DNA from: Ruminococcus sp.
Lineage (GTDB): Bacteria; Bacillota; Clostridia; Oscillospirales; Ruminococcaceae
Assembly (NCBI GenBank): GCA_017443395.1
Contig: JAFRXR010000167.1
Span: forward strand, 1-40,512
Length of the DNA: 40,512 nt
Direction: 5' to 3'
A program made the position numbers and the translations under genes. The notes under the pieces are model-generated. The model saw only the letters and a program-made list of their open reading frames with translations. It was not told the origin of the DNA and did no database searches. Position 1 is the stretch's first letter, and each line of letters begins with the position of its first letter. This document shows positions 27,932 through 36,573 of the stretch, in pieces.

Positions 27932-29140
27932 ATGTTTTCAGGAAAAAAGCTAACTAAAACTGCTGCGGTAGTATTATCTGCGGCACTTGCGGGATTATTC
28001 GGAACTGCGAAGTATTATTCCGCGCGGCTGCCCGAGGTATTCACGGCGCAGTCCGCGGAAGAGCTTAAAATAGCCGAATATCCGGAGCTGAGCTTCGGCG
28101 GGGCTGTTCCGGCTTCGGGCGGTCAGGCGACGGTCTCGCTCTTCGGTGCGATACCCGTGAAGACCGTTTCCGTGCGCGAGGCGGAGGCTCCGGTGCTGAT
28201 CGTCAGCGGGGAGCCGTTCGGTATAAAGCTCCTGATGGACGGCGTCATGGTGACTGAGCTGGGAAATGTCACTGATAAGTCCGGAGCACAGGTGTGCCCT
28301 GCGGCGGAAGCCGGGATAGAGGTCGGGGACGTGATAAAGCGTGTGGACGGCGTATCCCTCACCTCAAACAGCGAGCTTCAGTCCGCGATAAACGCCAAGG
28401 GCGGCGGCTCGGTCGAGCTGACGGTAAGCCGCAGCGGACACGATATCACCACGGAGCTCGTTCCCGTGTATTCCTCCGCTTCTAACAGCTGGAAGGGCGG
28501 TATGTGGGTGCGTGACAGCGCCGCGGGCATAGGCACGATGACCTTCATCAACAAGGATACCGGTGAGTTCGCGGGGCTTGGTCACCCGATATGCGACAGC
28601 GACACAGGCGAGCTCGTCCCGATATGCTCCGGTGAAGCCGTGCCTGTCGAAATAGAGCGCGCAAAACGCGGTGAACGCGGCATTCCCGGCGAGCTGACGG
28701 GCAGCTTCTCCTATGGCGGCAGCTACGGTGTGCTGAACCGCAACACTGCCTGCGGAGTATACGGTCTGCTGACGGCGGACTCCCTCGCGGAGCTGAGCTC
28801 GTCAGGAACGGAAATGGTCATGGCGTACCGTCAGGAGGTCGAGACCGGCGCGGCTGATATAATTTCCACAGTCGCCGGCGGCGCTCCCAAAAGGTACTCT
28901 ATCGAGATAGAGAGCATAGACCTCTCAGCCCCCGGTGATATGAGGGATATGGTCATTCACATCACCGACCCAGATCTCATCGAGGCGTCGGGAGGGATAG
29001 TTCAGGGCATGAGCGGCTCTCCCGTGATCCAGAACGGCAGGCTCGTGGGCGCGGTGACTCATGTATTCGTCGCCGACCCGACCCGCGGATATGCTGTTTT
29101 CGCCGAAACTATGGCGGAGGAGCTCACTGCGGGCGGATAA
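27932..29140 (+). CDS. spoIVB: SpoIVB peptidase (PDZ + S55)
   Basis: GEPFGIKL..DGV PDZ, WVRDSAAGIGTMTF, GLGHPICD, GGIVQGMSGSP, GAVTHVF. Confidence 0.93.
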   Translation: MFSGKKLTKTAAVVLSAALAGLFGTAKYYSARLPEVFTAQSAEELKIAEYPELSFGGAVPASGGQATVSLFGAIPVKTVSVREAEAPVLIVSGEPFGIKLLMDGVMVTELGNVTDKSGAQVCPAAEAGIEVGDVIKRVDGVSLTSNSELQSAINAKGGGSVELTVSRSGHDITTELVPVYSSASNSWKGGMWVRDSAAGIGTMTFINKDTGEFAGLGHPICDSDTGELVPICSGEAVPVEIERAKRGERGIPGELTGSFSYGGSYGVLNRNTACGVYGLLTADSLAELSSSGTEMVMAYRQEVETGAADIISTVAGGAPKRYSIEIESIDLSAPGDMRDMVIHITDPDLIEASGGIVQGMSGSPVIQNGRLVGAVTHVFVADPTRGYAVFAETMAEELTAGG

Positions 29141-29148
29141 AACAAAAT

Positions 29149-29170
29149 GGGCGTTACGAAAGTAACGCCC
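29149..29170. terminator. Terminator hairpin between convergent spoIVB and ptsH
   Basis: gggcgttac-gaaa-gtaacgccc. Confidence 0.75.
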
Positions 29171-29185
29171 GAGCTTTTATAAGGT

Positions 29186-29458
29186 TTATCTGTTCTCTTC
29201 GCTGAAGCCGCTCTCAACAAGCTCTACAAGAGCGTCAACAGCAGCCTTCTCATCAGCACTGTCAGCGATCACCTTGATATTTGTACCGCCTACGATACCG
29301 AGGGAAAGAATACCAAGAAGGCTCTTAGCATTTACTCTGCGTTCTTCCTTTTCGATCCAGATAGACGACTTGAATTCGTTAGCCTTCTGAATGAAGAAGG
29401 TCGCAGGTCTTGCGTGAAGTCCAACCTGATTCTTGACCATTACTTCTCTGACAAACAT
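29186..29458 (-). CDS. ptsH: HPr phosphocarrier protein
   Basis: GLHARPA (His15) and VNAKSLLG (Ser46); ATG 29458 behind AGGAG. Confidence 0.93.
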   Translation of the reverse strand: MFVREVMVKNQVGLHARPATFFIQKANEFKSSIWIEKEERRVNAKSLLGILSLGIVGGTNIKVIADSADEKAAVDALVELVESGFSEENR

Positions 29459-29536
29459 ATACAACTCTCCTATTCTCTTTAGTCGGGACTCTATTATTAT
29501 TCCCGAACGAAGCAAATTGTTTCAATTGCTGATATC

Positions 29537-29565
29537 ATTATACATTCAATTTTTTGCATAGTCAA
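29537..29565 (-). promoter_or_regulatory. sigmaA promoter of ptsH
   Basis: TTGACT-17 nt-TATAAT. Confidence 0.75.
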
Positions 29566-29779
29566 CGGATTTTTCAGCAGAAACCCCGACTTTTCAGTAT
29601 TTTCTACATTTACATTAAATGCGGGGGATTTTTTTTCGATTTGCTTGTTTATTATCACCACAAAAATGATAGTCTGTCTATTGGTAAGTCTGCACAGTAT
29701 TCAACAGATTATTATATTTAATTCGACTAACTGGAGAATCATTTTTTTGGTATACTCACAGTTTATTCATAATTTAGAC

Positions 29780-30475
29780 TTATTTTCCATTGCTGTACCG
29801 CTCAAAAAGATCGGGGCGGCGTTCCTTTGTGAGCTCTACGCTCTGTTCAAGACGCCATGTCTCTATGTTCTTGTGGTGTCCCGACAGCAGCACCGGCGGG
29901 ACAGCCTCTCCCTCCCAGACCTCGGGGCGGGTGTACTGCGGATATTCGAGCAGTCCGCTGTAGATGCTCTCGTCGGTGAAGCATACGTCGTCCGACAGCA
30001 CACCGCTGCACATTCTCGCGACTGCGTCCACCAGCACGCACGCCGGGAGCTCGCCGCCGGTGAGTACATAGTCCCCTATGGAGATCTCCTCGTCAACTAT
30101 CTTGTCGAGCACGCGCTGGTCCACGCCCTCGTAGTGTCCGCAGATTATGAGGATGTTGTCGAGCTTCGAGAGCTCCACTGCCTTCTGCTGGTCAAGGATA
30201 CGTCCCTTCGGTGACATATATATAGTATGCGGCTTCGCGCCCATGTCGTCACAGACCGCCCTGTAGCAGTTGTAGATGGGCTCGCACTGCATGACCATGC
30301 CCATTCCGCCGCCGTATGGAGTGTCGTCCACGCGGCGGTGTTTGTCCTGCGTGTATTCGCGTATCTGGCGGCAGTGTACCTCTATTGCGCCGGACTTCTG
30401 GGCTCTGCCGATTATGCTCTCCCCGAGGACGGTCTCGCACATTTCAGGGAAAAGCGTCATTATCTCTATCTTCAT
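29780..30475 (-). CDS. trmD: tRNA (guanine-N1)-methyltransferase
   Basis: TLFPE, VDDTPYGGG, CGHYEGVDQR, SIGDYVLTGGE, LEYPQYTRP. Confidence 0.98.
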   Translation of the reverse strand: MKIEIMTLFPEMCETVLGESIIGRAQKSGAIEVHCRQIREYTQDKHRRVDDTPYGGGMGMVMQCEPIYNCYRAVCDDMGAKPHTIYMSPKGRILDQQKAVELSKLDNILIICGHYEGVDQRVLDKIVDEEISIGDYVLTGGELPACVLVDAVARMCSGVLSDDVCFTDESIYSGLLEYPQYTRPEVWEGEAVPPVLLSGHHKNIETWRLEQSVELTKERRPDLFERYSNGK

Positions 30476-30512
30476 ATGTATTCCTTTATTCGTTGAGGTA
30501 TAAGGGAAAAGC

Positions 30513-30705
30513 TGTCAGGTGTGGTGCCGCCTGTCGGCGGCGGATATAAAATCCTGACACCTAAAATCTGAAACCTGAGACCTCTTTTGAATTCGTAATT
30601 CGTAATTGATGAGTCCGTTGCACGGACAGATCAAAAAGACTTTGTAATACGCTGTCGCACGGGAGCACCACTAATTACGCATTACGCATTAAGCATTACG
30701 CATTA
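30513..30705. repeat. Two adjacent inverted heptamer-repeat elements between rimM and trmD
   Basis: tgtcagg...(cctgaca cctaaaa tctgaaa cctgaga cct) 30513-30583; (aattcgt)2aatt...(aattacg cattacg cattaag cattacg catta) 30590-30705. Confidence 0.8.
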
Positions 30706-31206
30706 GTCAAACAGTCCGTCCAGCGGGCGTATCGTCATCACGCCGCCGTCAATATCGGTCGATACTACGACGTCCGCTATAGCAGGGACAAGATACTCCC
30801 TGTCCGCGCCCTTTACCACATATACGTCATTAGCGCCGGTCTGCATTACGTCAGCTATCTCGCCGTAGACCTGCCCGGAGTCTGCGTCACGCACCTCCAT
30901 GCCTATCAGGTCGGAGATGAAGTATGTGTCCTCGTCGAGCTCAAGGTCGTCACGGTGCATATAGAGCATTTTATTGCGCAGCTTTTCGGCGTCCTCGGGA
31001 GTGTCTACGCCCTCTATCTTCGCGATTACCGTGCTCTTGAACACCCTTGCGCGCTCAATTGCGACCTCGTCCTTGTTCTTGCCTAAAAACAGCCTGTCGA
31101 ACTCGCACAGCAGCTCAGGGCTGTCGCAGTAGGGCATTATCTTGACCTCACCGCGTATGCCGTGCGTGGTAACTATTTTGCCTGCTTCAAGGAATTCTTT
31201 TTTCAT
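30703..31206 (-). CDS. rimM: Ribosome maturation factor RimM
   Basis: GKIVTTHGIRGEVK, YFISDLIG, TGANDVY, LVPAI. Confidence 0.97.
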   Translation of the reverse strand: MKKEFLEAGKIVTTHGIRGEVKIMPYCDSPELLCEFDRLFLGKNKDEVAIERARVFKSTVIAKIEGVDTPEDAEKLRNKMLYMHRDDLELDEDTYFISDLIGMEVRDADSGQVYGEIADVMQTGANDVYVVKGADREYLVPAIADVVVSTDIDGGVMTIRPLDGLFD

Positions 31207-31217
31207 ATGTGCTCCTC

Positions 31218-31955
31218 TTATTTCAGCTCTATCGAGCTTAGCATCTGCTTTGTCACTTCGTCGGATTCACCGCGTATCATCAGAGTGTAGTATACTGCAC
31301 CGCTGTTGTCCGGGTATATCGTGGCGGTCCAGTACGCGTAATTGACAAGGTCATTCTCCCTGCTCTGCGAGGCATAAGCCGTCCCGCCGCTGAGCGGGAG
31401 CTTCCACGAATCCTCCATTTTGTAGGCTTCTTCCTTGTTGTCCGCGAGCGTTTTGAATACCTTCCTGTCCCTGCCGCGCAGCTTCAGGCAGTCCTTCGAG
31501 GTGAGGACGTCCTTCTCGTACCACAGGATGTCCGCTGAGGGCTTGTATACCGACGGATACTCCGCCCCGACAGCTTTGAAGTAGCTGCGGTAGTCGGACT
31601 CGCTGAACTCGTCCTCCATGCCCCAGTTTTTGAGCAGCTCGCTGCTTAATCCGGCGAGCTCGGCATTGTCAAAGTCCATTATCATCACGACCTTGTCGCC
31701 GTCCCTGAGGATATGCTCCGTCGAGCCCTGTGAATAGCTTGACGGCACGGATATCTTCACGCTGCCGACGGTGTATGTCACGAAGTCAGACGGCACCTGC
31801 ACCGCTGCGAACGTGGAAAGGCGGTCGTCGATGTGCTCGTATTTGTGCTTTACGCTTATGTAGGTGAAAAGTCCCGGGCAGAATATCACTATCGCCAGCC
31901 AGCCGACCAGCAGTATCCCGAGGACTATCCCGCCGATAGTCAGTGCTTTTTTCAT
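31218..31955 (-). CDS. Hypothetical protein with N-terminal membrane anchor
   Basis: RBS AGGAG; MKK followed by a hydrophobic stretch; 245 aa; 11 nt from rimM. Confidence 0.8.
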   Translation of the reverse strand: MKKALTIGGIVLGILLVGWLAIVIFCPGLFTYISVKHKYEHIDDRLSTFAAVQVPSDFVTYTVGSVKISVPSSYSQGSTEHILRDGDKVVMIMDFDNAELAGLSSELLKNWGMEDEFSESDYRSYFKAVGAEYPSVYKPSADILWYEKDVLTSKDCLKLRGRDRKVFKTLADNKEEAYKMEDSWKLPLSGGTAYASQSRENDLVNYAYWTATIYPDNSGAVYYTLMIRGESDEVTKQMLSSIELK

Positions 31956-31993
31956 TTTGATCTCCTATATCATTTGCTGCAGCGCGGAGCTGC

Positions 31994-32135
31994 TGTAAGG
32001 GCGGATATTATCCGCCCGTCAAATCCGAAAGAACAATAATGTAGGGGCGGGACGCCGGGTGATTCCCCACGGTGTGTGGAAACGTCACGCAGTGACAAAG
32101 GGGGTGGGCAGAGAAAAGCTGCGGCGTCCCCTACA
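31994..32135. repeat. GTAG-type REP units downstream of purB
   Basis: tgtaagggcggat-att-atccgcccgt (31994-32019); tgtaggggcgggacgccg ... cggcgtcccctaca (32040-32135). Confidence 0.7.
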
Positions 32136-32137
32136 GG

Positions 32138-33577
32138 TCAATTCTTCATCTCAAAGCTCTCGCCGAGGATATCCTTGTTCGCATTGAGGATAGGATCTAC
32201 GCACTCGCTGAGGAATTCCTCCACCTGCTGCGGGCTCCTTCCTACGAAGTTCTCCGGCTTGAGCATTGCGTCGAGCTCGTCGCGGGTTATCTTGAACATC
32301 GGGTCGTTGACGATGAGCTCGCAGAGATTGCCGTCCCTGCCGTACATCTTTATCTCCTTCGCCGCGATCATCGAATACTCGCGGATACGCTCGTGCAGCT
32401 CCTGACGGTCGCCGCCCTTCTTTACGGCGTCCATCATGATGTTCTCGGTCGCCATGAAGGGGAGCTTCGCCATGAGGCGGCGGCGGACTATCTCCGGATA
32501 TACCACCATGCCGTCGGTGACGTTCATCATGATGTTGAGGATAGCGTCAACGCCGAGGAATGCCTCCGCAATGGAGATACGCTTGTTCGCGGAGTCGTCG
32601 AGGGTCCTCTCGAACCACTGTGTTCCTGCGGTGAATGCAGGGTTCAGCACATCTATCATGACGTAGCGTGCGAGGGAGGTTATTCTCTCGCAGCGCATAG
32701 GATTGCGCTTGTATGCCATTGCGGACGAGCCTATCTGCGACTTCTCGCGGGGCTCCTCCATTTCCTCGAAGCTCTGGAGGATACGCAGGTCGTTGGAGAA
32801 CTTGCTGCACGACTGCGCGATACCGCTGAGGACGGACAGCACCTGCGAATCTATCTTGCGGGAGTAGGTCTGTCCGGATACCGGTACTACGCTGTCGAAG
32901 CCCATTTCCTCGGCTATCATCTTCTCGAGCTGCTTGATCTTGTCGGTATCGCCCTCGAAGAGCTCCATGAACGAAGCCTGTGTGCCTGTTGTGCCCTTAG
33001 AGCCGAGCATTTTCAGCGTGGAGATACGGTACTCAAGATCCTCGAAGTCCATGAGGAGCTCGTTGAGCCAGAGAGTCGCTCTCTTGCCGACTGTCGTAGG
33101 CTGGGCGGGCTGGAGGTGAGTGTAAGCCATGCAGGGCATATCCTTGTACTCGCGGGCAAAGCGTGCGAGGTTGTTCATTACGTTTATCAGCTTGCGGCGG
33201 ATTATGTTCAGTCCGTCACGCATGATGATGATGTCGGTGTTGTCGCCGACGTAGCACGATGTCGCACCGAGGTGGATTATGCCGGCAGCGTCCGGGCAGA
33301 CCTTGCCGTATGTATAGACGTGCGCCATGACGTCGTGGCGGACCTCCTTCTCACGCGCTGCTGCGACCTCGTAGTCGATGTCGTCGATGTGCGCTTCGAG
33401 CTGGTCAACCTGCGCCTGTGTCACGGGCAGACCGAGCTTCATCTCGGCTCTTGCAAGTGCGACCCAGAGGCGTCTCCATGTGGTGAATTTCTTGTCGGCA
33501 GAGAAAACGTACTGCATTTCCTCGCTGGCATATCTTGTGCAGAAGGGACTTTCGTAGCTGTGTGTATTTCCGCTCAT
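32138..33577 (-). CDS. purB: Adenylosuccinate lyase
   Basis: RHDVMAH, HLGATSC, HLQPAQ, fumarase/ASL signature GSSAMAYKRNPM. Confidence 0.97.
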   Translation of the reverse strand: MSGNTHSYESPFCTRYASEEMQYVFSADKKFTTWRRLWVALARAEMKLGLPVTQAQVDQLEAHIDDIDYEVAAAREKEVRHDVMAHVYTYGKVCPDAAGIIHLGATSCYVGDNTDIIIMRDGLNIIRRKLINVMNNLARFAREYKDMPCMAYTHLQPAQPTTVGKRATLWLNELLMDFEDLEYRISTLKMLGSKGTTGTQASFMELFEGDTDKIKQLEKMIAEEMGFDSVVPVSGQTYSRKIDSQVLSVLSGIAQSCSKFSNDLRILQSFEEMEEPREKSQIGSSAMAYKRNPMRCERITSLARYVMIDVLNPAFTAGTQWFERTLDDSANKRISIAEAFLGVDAILNIMMNVTDGMVVYPEIVRRRLMAKLPFMATENIMMDAVKKGGDRQELHERIREYSMIAAKEIKMYGRDGNLCELIVNDPMFKITRDELDAMLKPENFVGRSPQQVEEFLSECVDPILNANKDILGESFEMKN

Positions 33578-33637
33578 TTTAATAGCTCCTTTTATCTTGA
33601 TTCGGCGTTCTTCCCGACGGAAGAACAGTTACACTAT

Positions 33638-33666
33638 ATTATAGCACAGTTTTCGGATTTAGTCAA
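33638..33666 (-). promoter_or_regulatory. sigmaA promoter of purB
   Basis: TTGACT-17 nt-TATAAT with TG extension. Confidence 0.8.
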
Positions 33667-33714
33667 TCGCTGTGCTTACTACACGACCAGCGACCCTGCG
33701 CTGACTACGAAATA

Positions 33715-34147
33715 TGCGACCGTCACCGGTCGCAGACACCTTTATGTGTTGCGGCGACAAGGGGACGCCTTCAGCTATGCATATAGCATTTTCTGCAAAT
33801 CAAAGATTTGCGAAACTGCTTATCTTACAAGGCGACCCTTCGGGTCCAACCCCTCTGTCAGCTCCGCTGACATCTCCCCGCACTGCGGGGAGTCATCTCT
33901 CGAAAAGCGATTCACTGGATCGTTTTTCGATTCACCCCTTGCGAGGCGCCTTTCAGATAGTTTCGCTTCGCCTTAAAAAACAAAGCGAAGCGACCAGAGG
34001 CGCTGCCTCTGGACTCCGCCAAAGGGATAATAATCCCTTTGGAATCCCATTGCTTAATAGTCCCGTATGCTATGTACGAGTAGGGGCGTTGATGAGAGTG
34101 AGCGAGCGAAGCAAGCGGCAATGTGTCCGGGTGCGCGGGCTCCGCGC
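33715..34147. repeat. Modular hairpin mosaic element, copy 3 (longest)
   Basis: About 10 consecutive stem-loops; shares modules with 1-202 and 26675-26897. Confidence 0.88.
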
Positions 34148-34176
34148 TTGACATTCATATACAATAATGTTATAAT
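34148..34176 (+). promoter_or_regulatory. Consensus sigmaA promoter of proS
   Basis: TTGACA-17 nt-TATAAT with TG extension. Confidence 0.9.
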
Positions 34177-34209
34177 GTATTTACTATAAATTACGAAAGA
34201 GGTCTGAAA

Positions 34210-35667
34210 ATGGCTAAGGATAAAAAACTTGTTTCTGAAATAACCTCTATGGACGAGGATTTCGCCCAGTGGTACACCGACATCTGCAAAAAGGCTGAGC
34301 TCGTCGAGTACACAAGTGTTAAGGGCTGTATGGTCATTCGTCCCTATGGGTACGCTATCTGGGAGAATATGCAGCGTATCCTCGACGGTATGTTCAAGGC
34401 GACCGGTCACGAAAATGTATGTATGCCGATGTTCATTCCCGAGAGCCTTCTCCAGAAGGAAAAGGATCACGTCGAGGGCTTCGCTCCCGAGGTGGCTTGG
34501 GTAACTCACGGCGGCAACGAAAAGCTCGAGGACAGACTCTGCGTAAGACCTACCTCCGAGACGCTTTTCTGTGAGCACTATGCAAATATCGTTCACTCCT
34601 ACCGCGACCTGCCCAAGCTGTACAATCAGTGGGTAAGCGTTGTCCGCTGGGAGAAGACCACACGTCCGTTCCTCCGCTCGCGTGAGTTCCTCTGGCAGGA
34701 GGGTCACACTATCCACGCGACCGCTCAGGAGGCTGTCGAGGAGACCGAGCGTATGCTCAACGTCTATGCGGACTTCTGCGAGGGCTCGCTCGCTATGCCT
34801 GTAGTCAAGGGCAAAAAGACCGACAGCGACAAGTTCGCGGGAGCTGAGTCTACATACGCTATCGAGGCTCTCATGCACGACGGCAAGGCGCTTCAGGCGG
34901 GTACGTCCCACTACTTCGGCGACGGCTTCGCTAAGGCGTTCGACATACAGTACACTGACAAGGAAAACAAGCGCGTTTATCCCCACCAGACAAGCTGGGG
35001 CGTTACCACACGTCTCATCGGTGCAGTCATCATGACGCACGGCGACAACAGCGGACTTGTCCTCCCGCCGGCGGTAGCTCCGGTACAGGCAGTCATCGTG
35101 CCTATCGCTCAGCACAAGGAGGGCGTCCTCGAAAAGGCTGGGGAGATGTTTGAGAAGCTCAAGGCGCTCGGTATCCGCGTAAAGCTCGACGACAGCGACA
35201 ACTCCCCCGGCTGGAAGTTCGCAGAGTACGAGATGAAGGGTGTCCCGCTGCGTATAGAGATCGGTCCTAAGGACATCGAGGCTGGTCAGTGCGTGGTCGC
35301 TGCCCGCTACAACGGCGAGAAGCAGACCGTTTCTATCGGCAATGACTTTGCTGAGCTCGGTGAGCTCGTCACAAGAATGCTCGACAAGGATATCCCGCAG
35401 GGAATGTTCGCGAAGGCTGCCGAGAACCGCGCCAACAGGACCTACGCCTGCACGACGCTCGACGAGATAACTAAGGCGCTCGAGGAAAAGGGCGACGGCT
35501 TCGTCAAGGCTATGTGGTGCGGCGAGGAGGCGTGCGAGGACGAGGTCAAGGAAAAGACCGGCGTCGGCTCGCGCTGCATACCGTTCGAGCAGGAGCAGCT
35601 CTCCGATAAGTGCGTCTGCTGCGGAAAGCCTGCTAAGTGCATGGTATACTGGGGCAAGGCGTATTGA
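34210..35667 (+). CDS. proS: Prolyl-tRNA synthetase, archaeal/eukaryote-like type (no INS editing domain)
   Basis: [46 protein letters not shown]-terminal Zn site and WGKAY. Confidence 0.97.
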   Translation: MAKDKKLVSEITSMDEDFAQWYTDICKKAELVEYTSVKGCMVIRPYGYAIWENMQRILDGMFKATGHENVCMPMFIPESLLQKEKDHVEGFAPEVAWVTHGGNEKLEDRLCVRPTSETLFCEHYANIVHSYRDLPKLYNQWVSVVRWEKTTRPFLRSREFLWQEGHTIHATAQEAVEETERMLNVYADFCEGSLAMPVVKGKKTDSDKFAGAESTYAIEALMHDGKALQAGTSHYFGDGFAKAFDIQYTDKENKRVYPHQTSWGVTTRLIGAVIMTHGDNSGLVLPPAVAPVQAVIVPIAQHKEGVLEKAGEMFEKLKALGIRVKLDDSDNSPGWKFAEYEMKGVPLRIEIGPKDIEAGQCVVAARYNGEKQTVSIGNDFAELGELVTRMLDKDIPQGMFAKAAENRANRTYACTTLDEITKALEEKGDGFVKAMWCGEEACEDEVKEKTGVGSRCIPFEQEQLSDKCVCCGKPAKCMVYWGKAY

Positions 35668-35710
35668 TTCGTAATGCGTGATTACGGTGTCCGCTTGAGT
35701 GGTCGGACAT
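35666..35710. repeat. Left arm of the heptamer-repeat element family
   Basis: gattcgt aatgcgt gatt then gtgtccg...cggacat; same layout as 30590-30629. Confidence 0.6.
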
Positions 35711-35719
35711 CAGTATTAG

Positions 35720-35753
35720 TTACCGAGCCTGAGATCATAGGCTCGGTAATTTT
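35720..35753 (+). terminator. Terminator of proS
   Basis: ttaccgagcct-gagatcat-aggctcggtaa followed by tttt. Confidence 0.8.
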
Positions 35754-35804
35754 GTTCCGCGGTAAATATTTATCCGGATAAATTGGTATCCAGATGGTGA
35801 TAAT

Positions 35805-36017
35805 ATGGCTTTTATCGGTTTATTGTTTGTATTGTTGAGCGCGGCCGCAATCGTTCTGATCATCGGAATAGCTCCCATTATTATCGGAACAGTTCTGTAC
35901 AATAAGACAGAACATAAAAAATTAGGCATTGTTTTTAGAATATTCGGGTACATAACTCTGATCCCCTCGATCGTTATAAGCGTATTGGTGGCAATTATCA
36001 TGTTTCATAGATCATGA
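35805..36017 (+). CDS. Small AT-rich two-TM membrane protein (70 aa)
   Basis: ATG behind GGTGA; two hydrophobic helices joined by NKTEHKK; visibly lower GC than flanks. Confidence 0.65.
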   Translation: MAFIGLLFVLLSAAAIVLIIGIAPIIIGTVLYNKTEHKKLGIVFRIFGYITLIPSIVISVLVAIIMFHRS

Positions 36018-36084
36018 TCTGTTCCGGTAAGCATTATCAGCGGCTGGCTCACTCGTTTCCATATTACTAAAGAAGGTGATCCCT

Positions 36085-36525
36085 ATAAAAACAGTTGAGA
36101 TATTCACGGACGGTGCGTGCAGCGGGAACCCCGGTCCCGGCGGCTACGGCGTTGTGCTGCGCTTCGGGAACATCGAGAAGGAGCTCTCCGGCGGCGACCC
36201 GGCTACCACCAACAACCGCATGGAGCTGCTCGGCGTTATCACGGGCTTGTCCGCTCTGAAGGAGCCGTGCAGGGTCATTCTTACCACCGACAGCAAGTAC
36301 GTTGTGGACAGCGTGACCAAGGGCTGGGTATACGGCTGGAAAAAGCGCGGCTGGATAAAGTCCGACAAGAAGCCCGCGCTGAACGTCGATCTCTGGGAGC
36401 AGCTCCTGCCACTCCTTGCAAAGCATGACGTGGAGTTCAACTGGGTGAAGGGTCATGCCGGTCACCCCGAGAACGAGCGCTGCGACCGCCTTGCGGTTGA
36501 ACAGCGGGACAAGTATTCAAAATAA
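36085..36525 (+). CDS. rnhA: Ribonuclease HI (start probably ATA 36085; alternative GTG 36076)
   Basis: [43 protein letters not shown]. Confidence 0.95.
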   Translation: MKTVEIFTDGACSGNPGPGGYGVVLRFGNIEKELSGGDPATTNNRMELLGVITGLSALKEPCRVILTTDSKYVVDSVTKGWVYGWKKRGWIKSDKKPALNVDLWEQLLPLLAKHDVEFNWVKGHAGHPENERCDRLAVEQRDKYSK

Positions 36526-36526
36526 C

Positions 36527-36564
36527 AAAAAGGGCGAAAGGGAACTTCCCTCCCGCCCTTTTTT
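36527..36564. terminator. Bidirectional terminator between rnhA and spoVFB
   Basis: aaaaagggcg...cgccctttttt. Confidence 0.75.
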
Positions 36565-36573
36565 CGTATCTGC

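Noticed and set aside
29645-29780. Replication origin (AT-rich with DnaA-box-like words)
   Set aside because: No TTATCCACA match with one mismatch or fewer that I could find, and no dnaA/dnaN context
30553-30705. CRISPR array
   Set aside because: Repeats are 7-mers without unique spacers; no 23-47 nt repeat-spacer periodicity and no cas genes in the window
33578-33715. Purine riboswitch upstream of purB
   Set aside because: The leader is about 55 nt with a single hairpin (33607-33626); no purine aptamer core recognised
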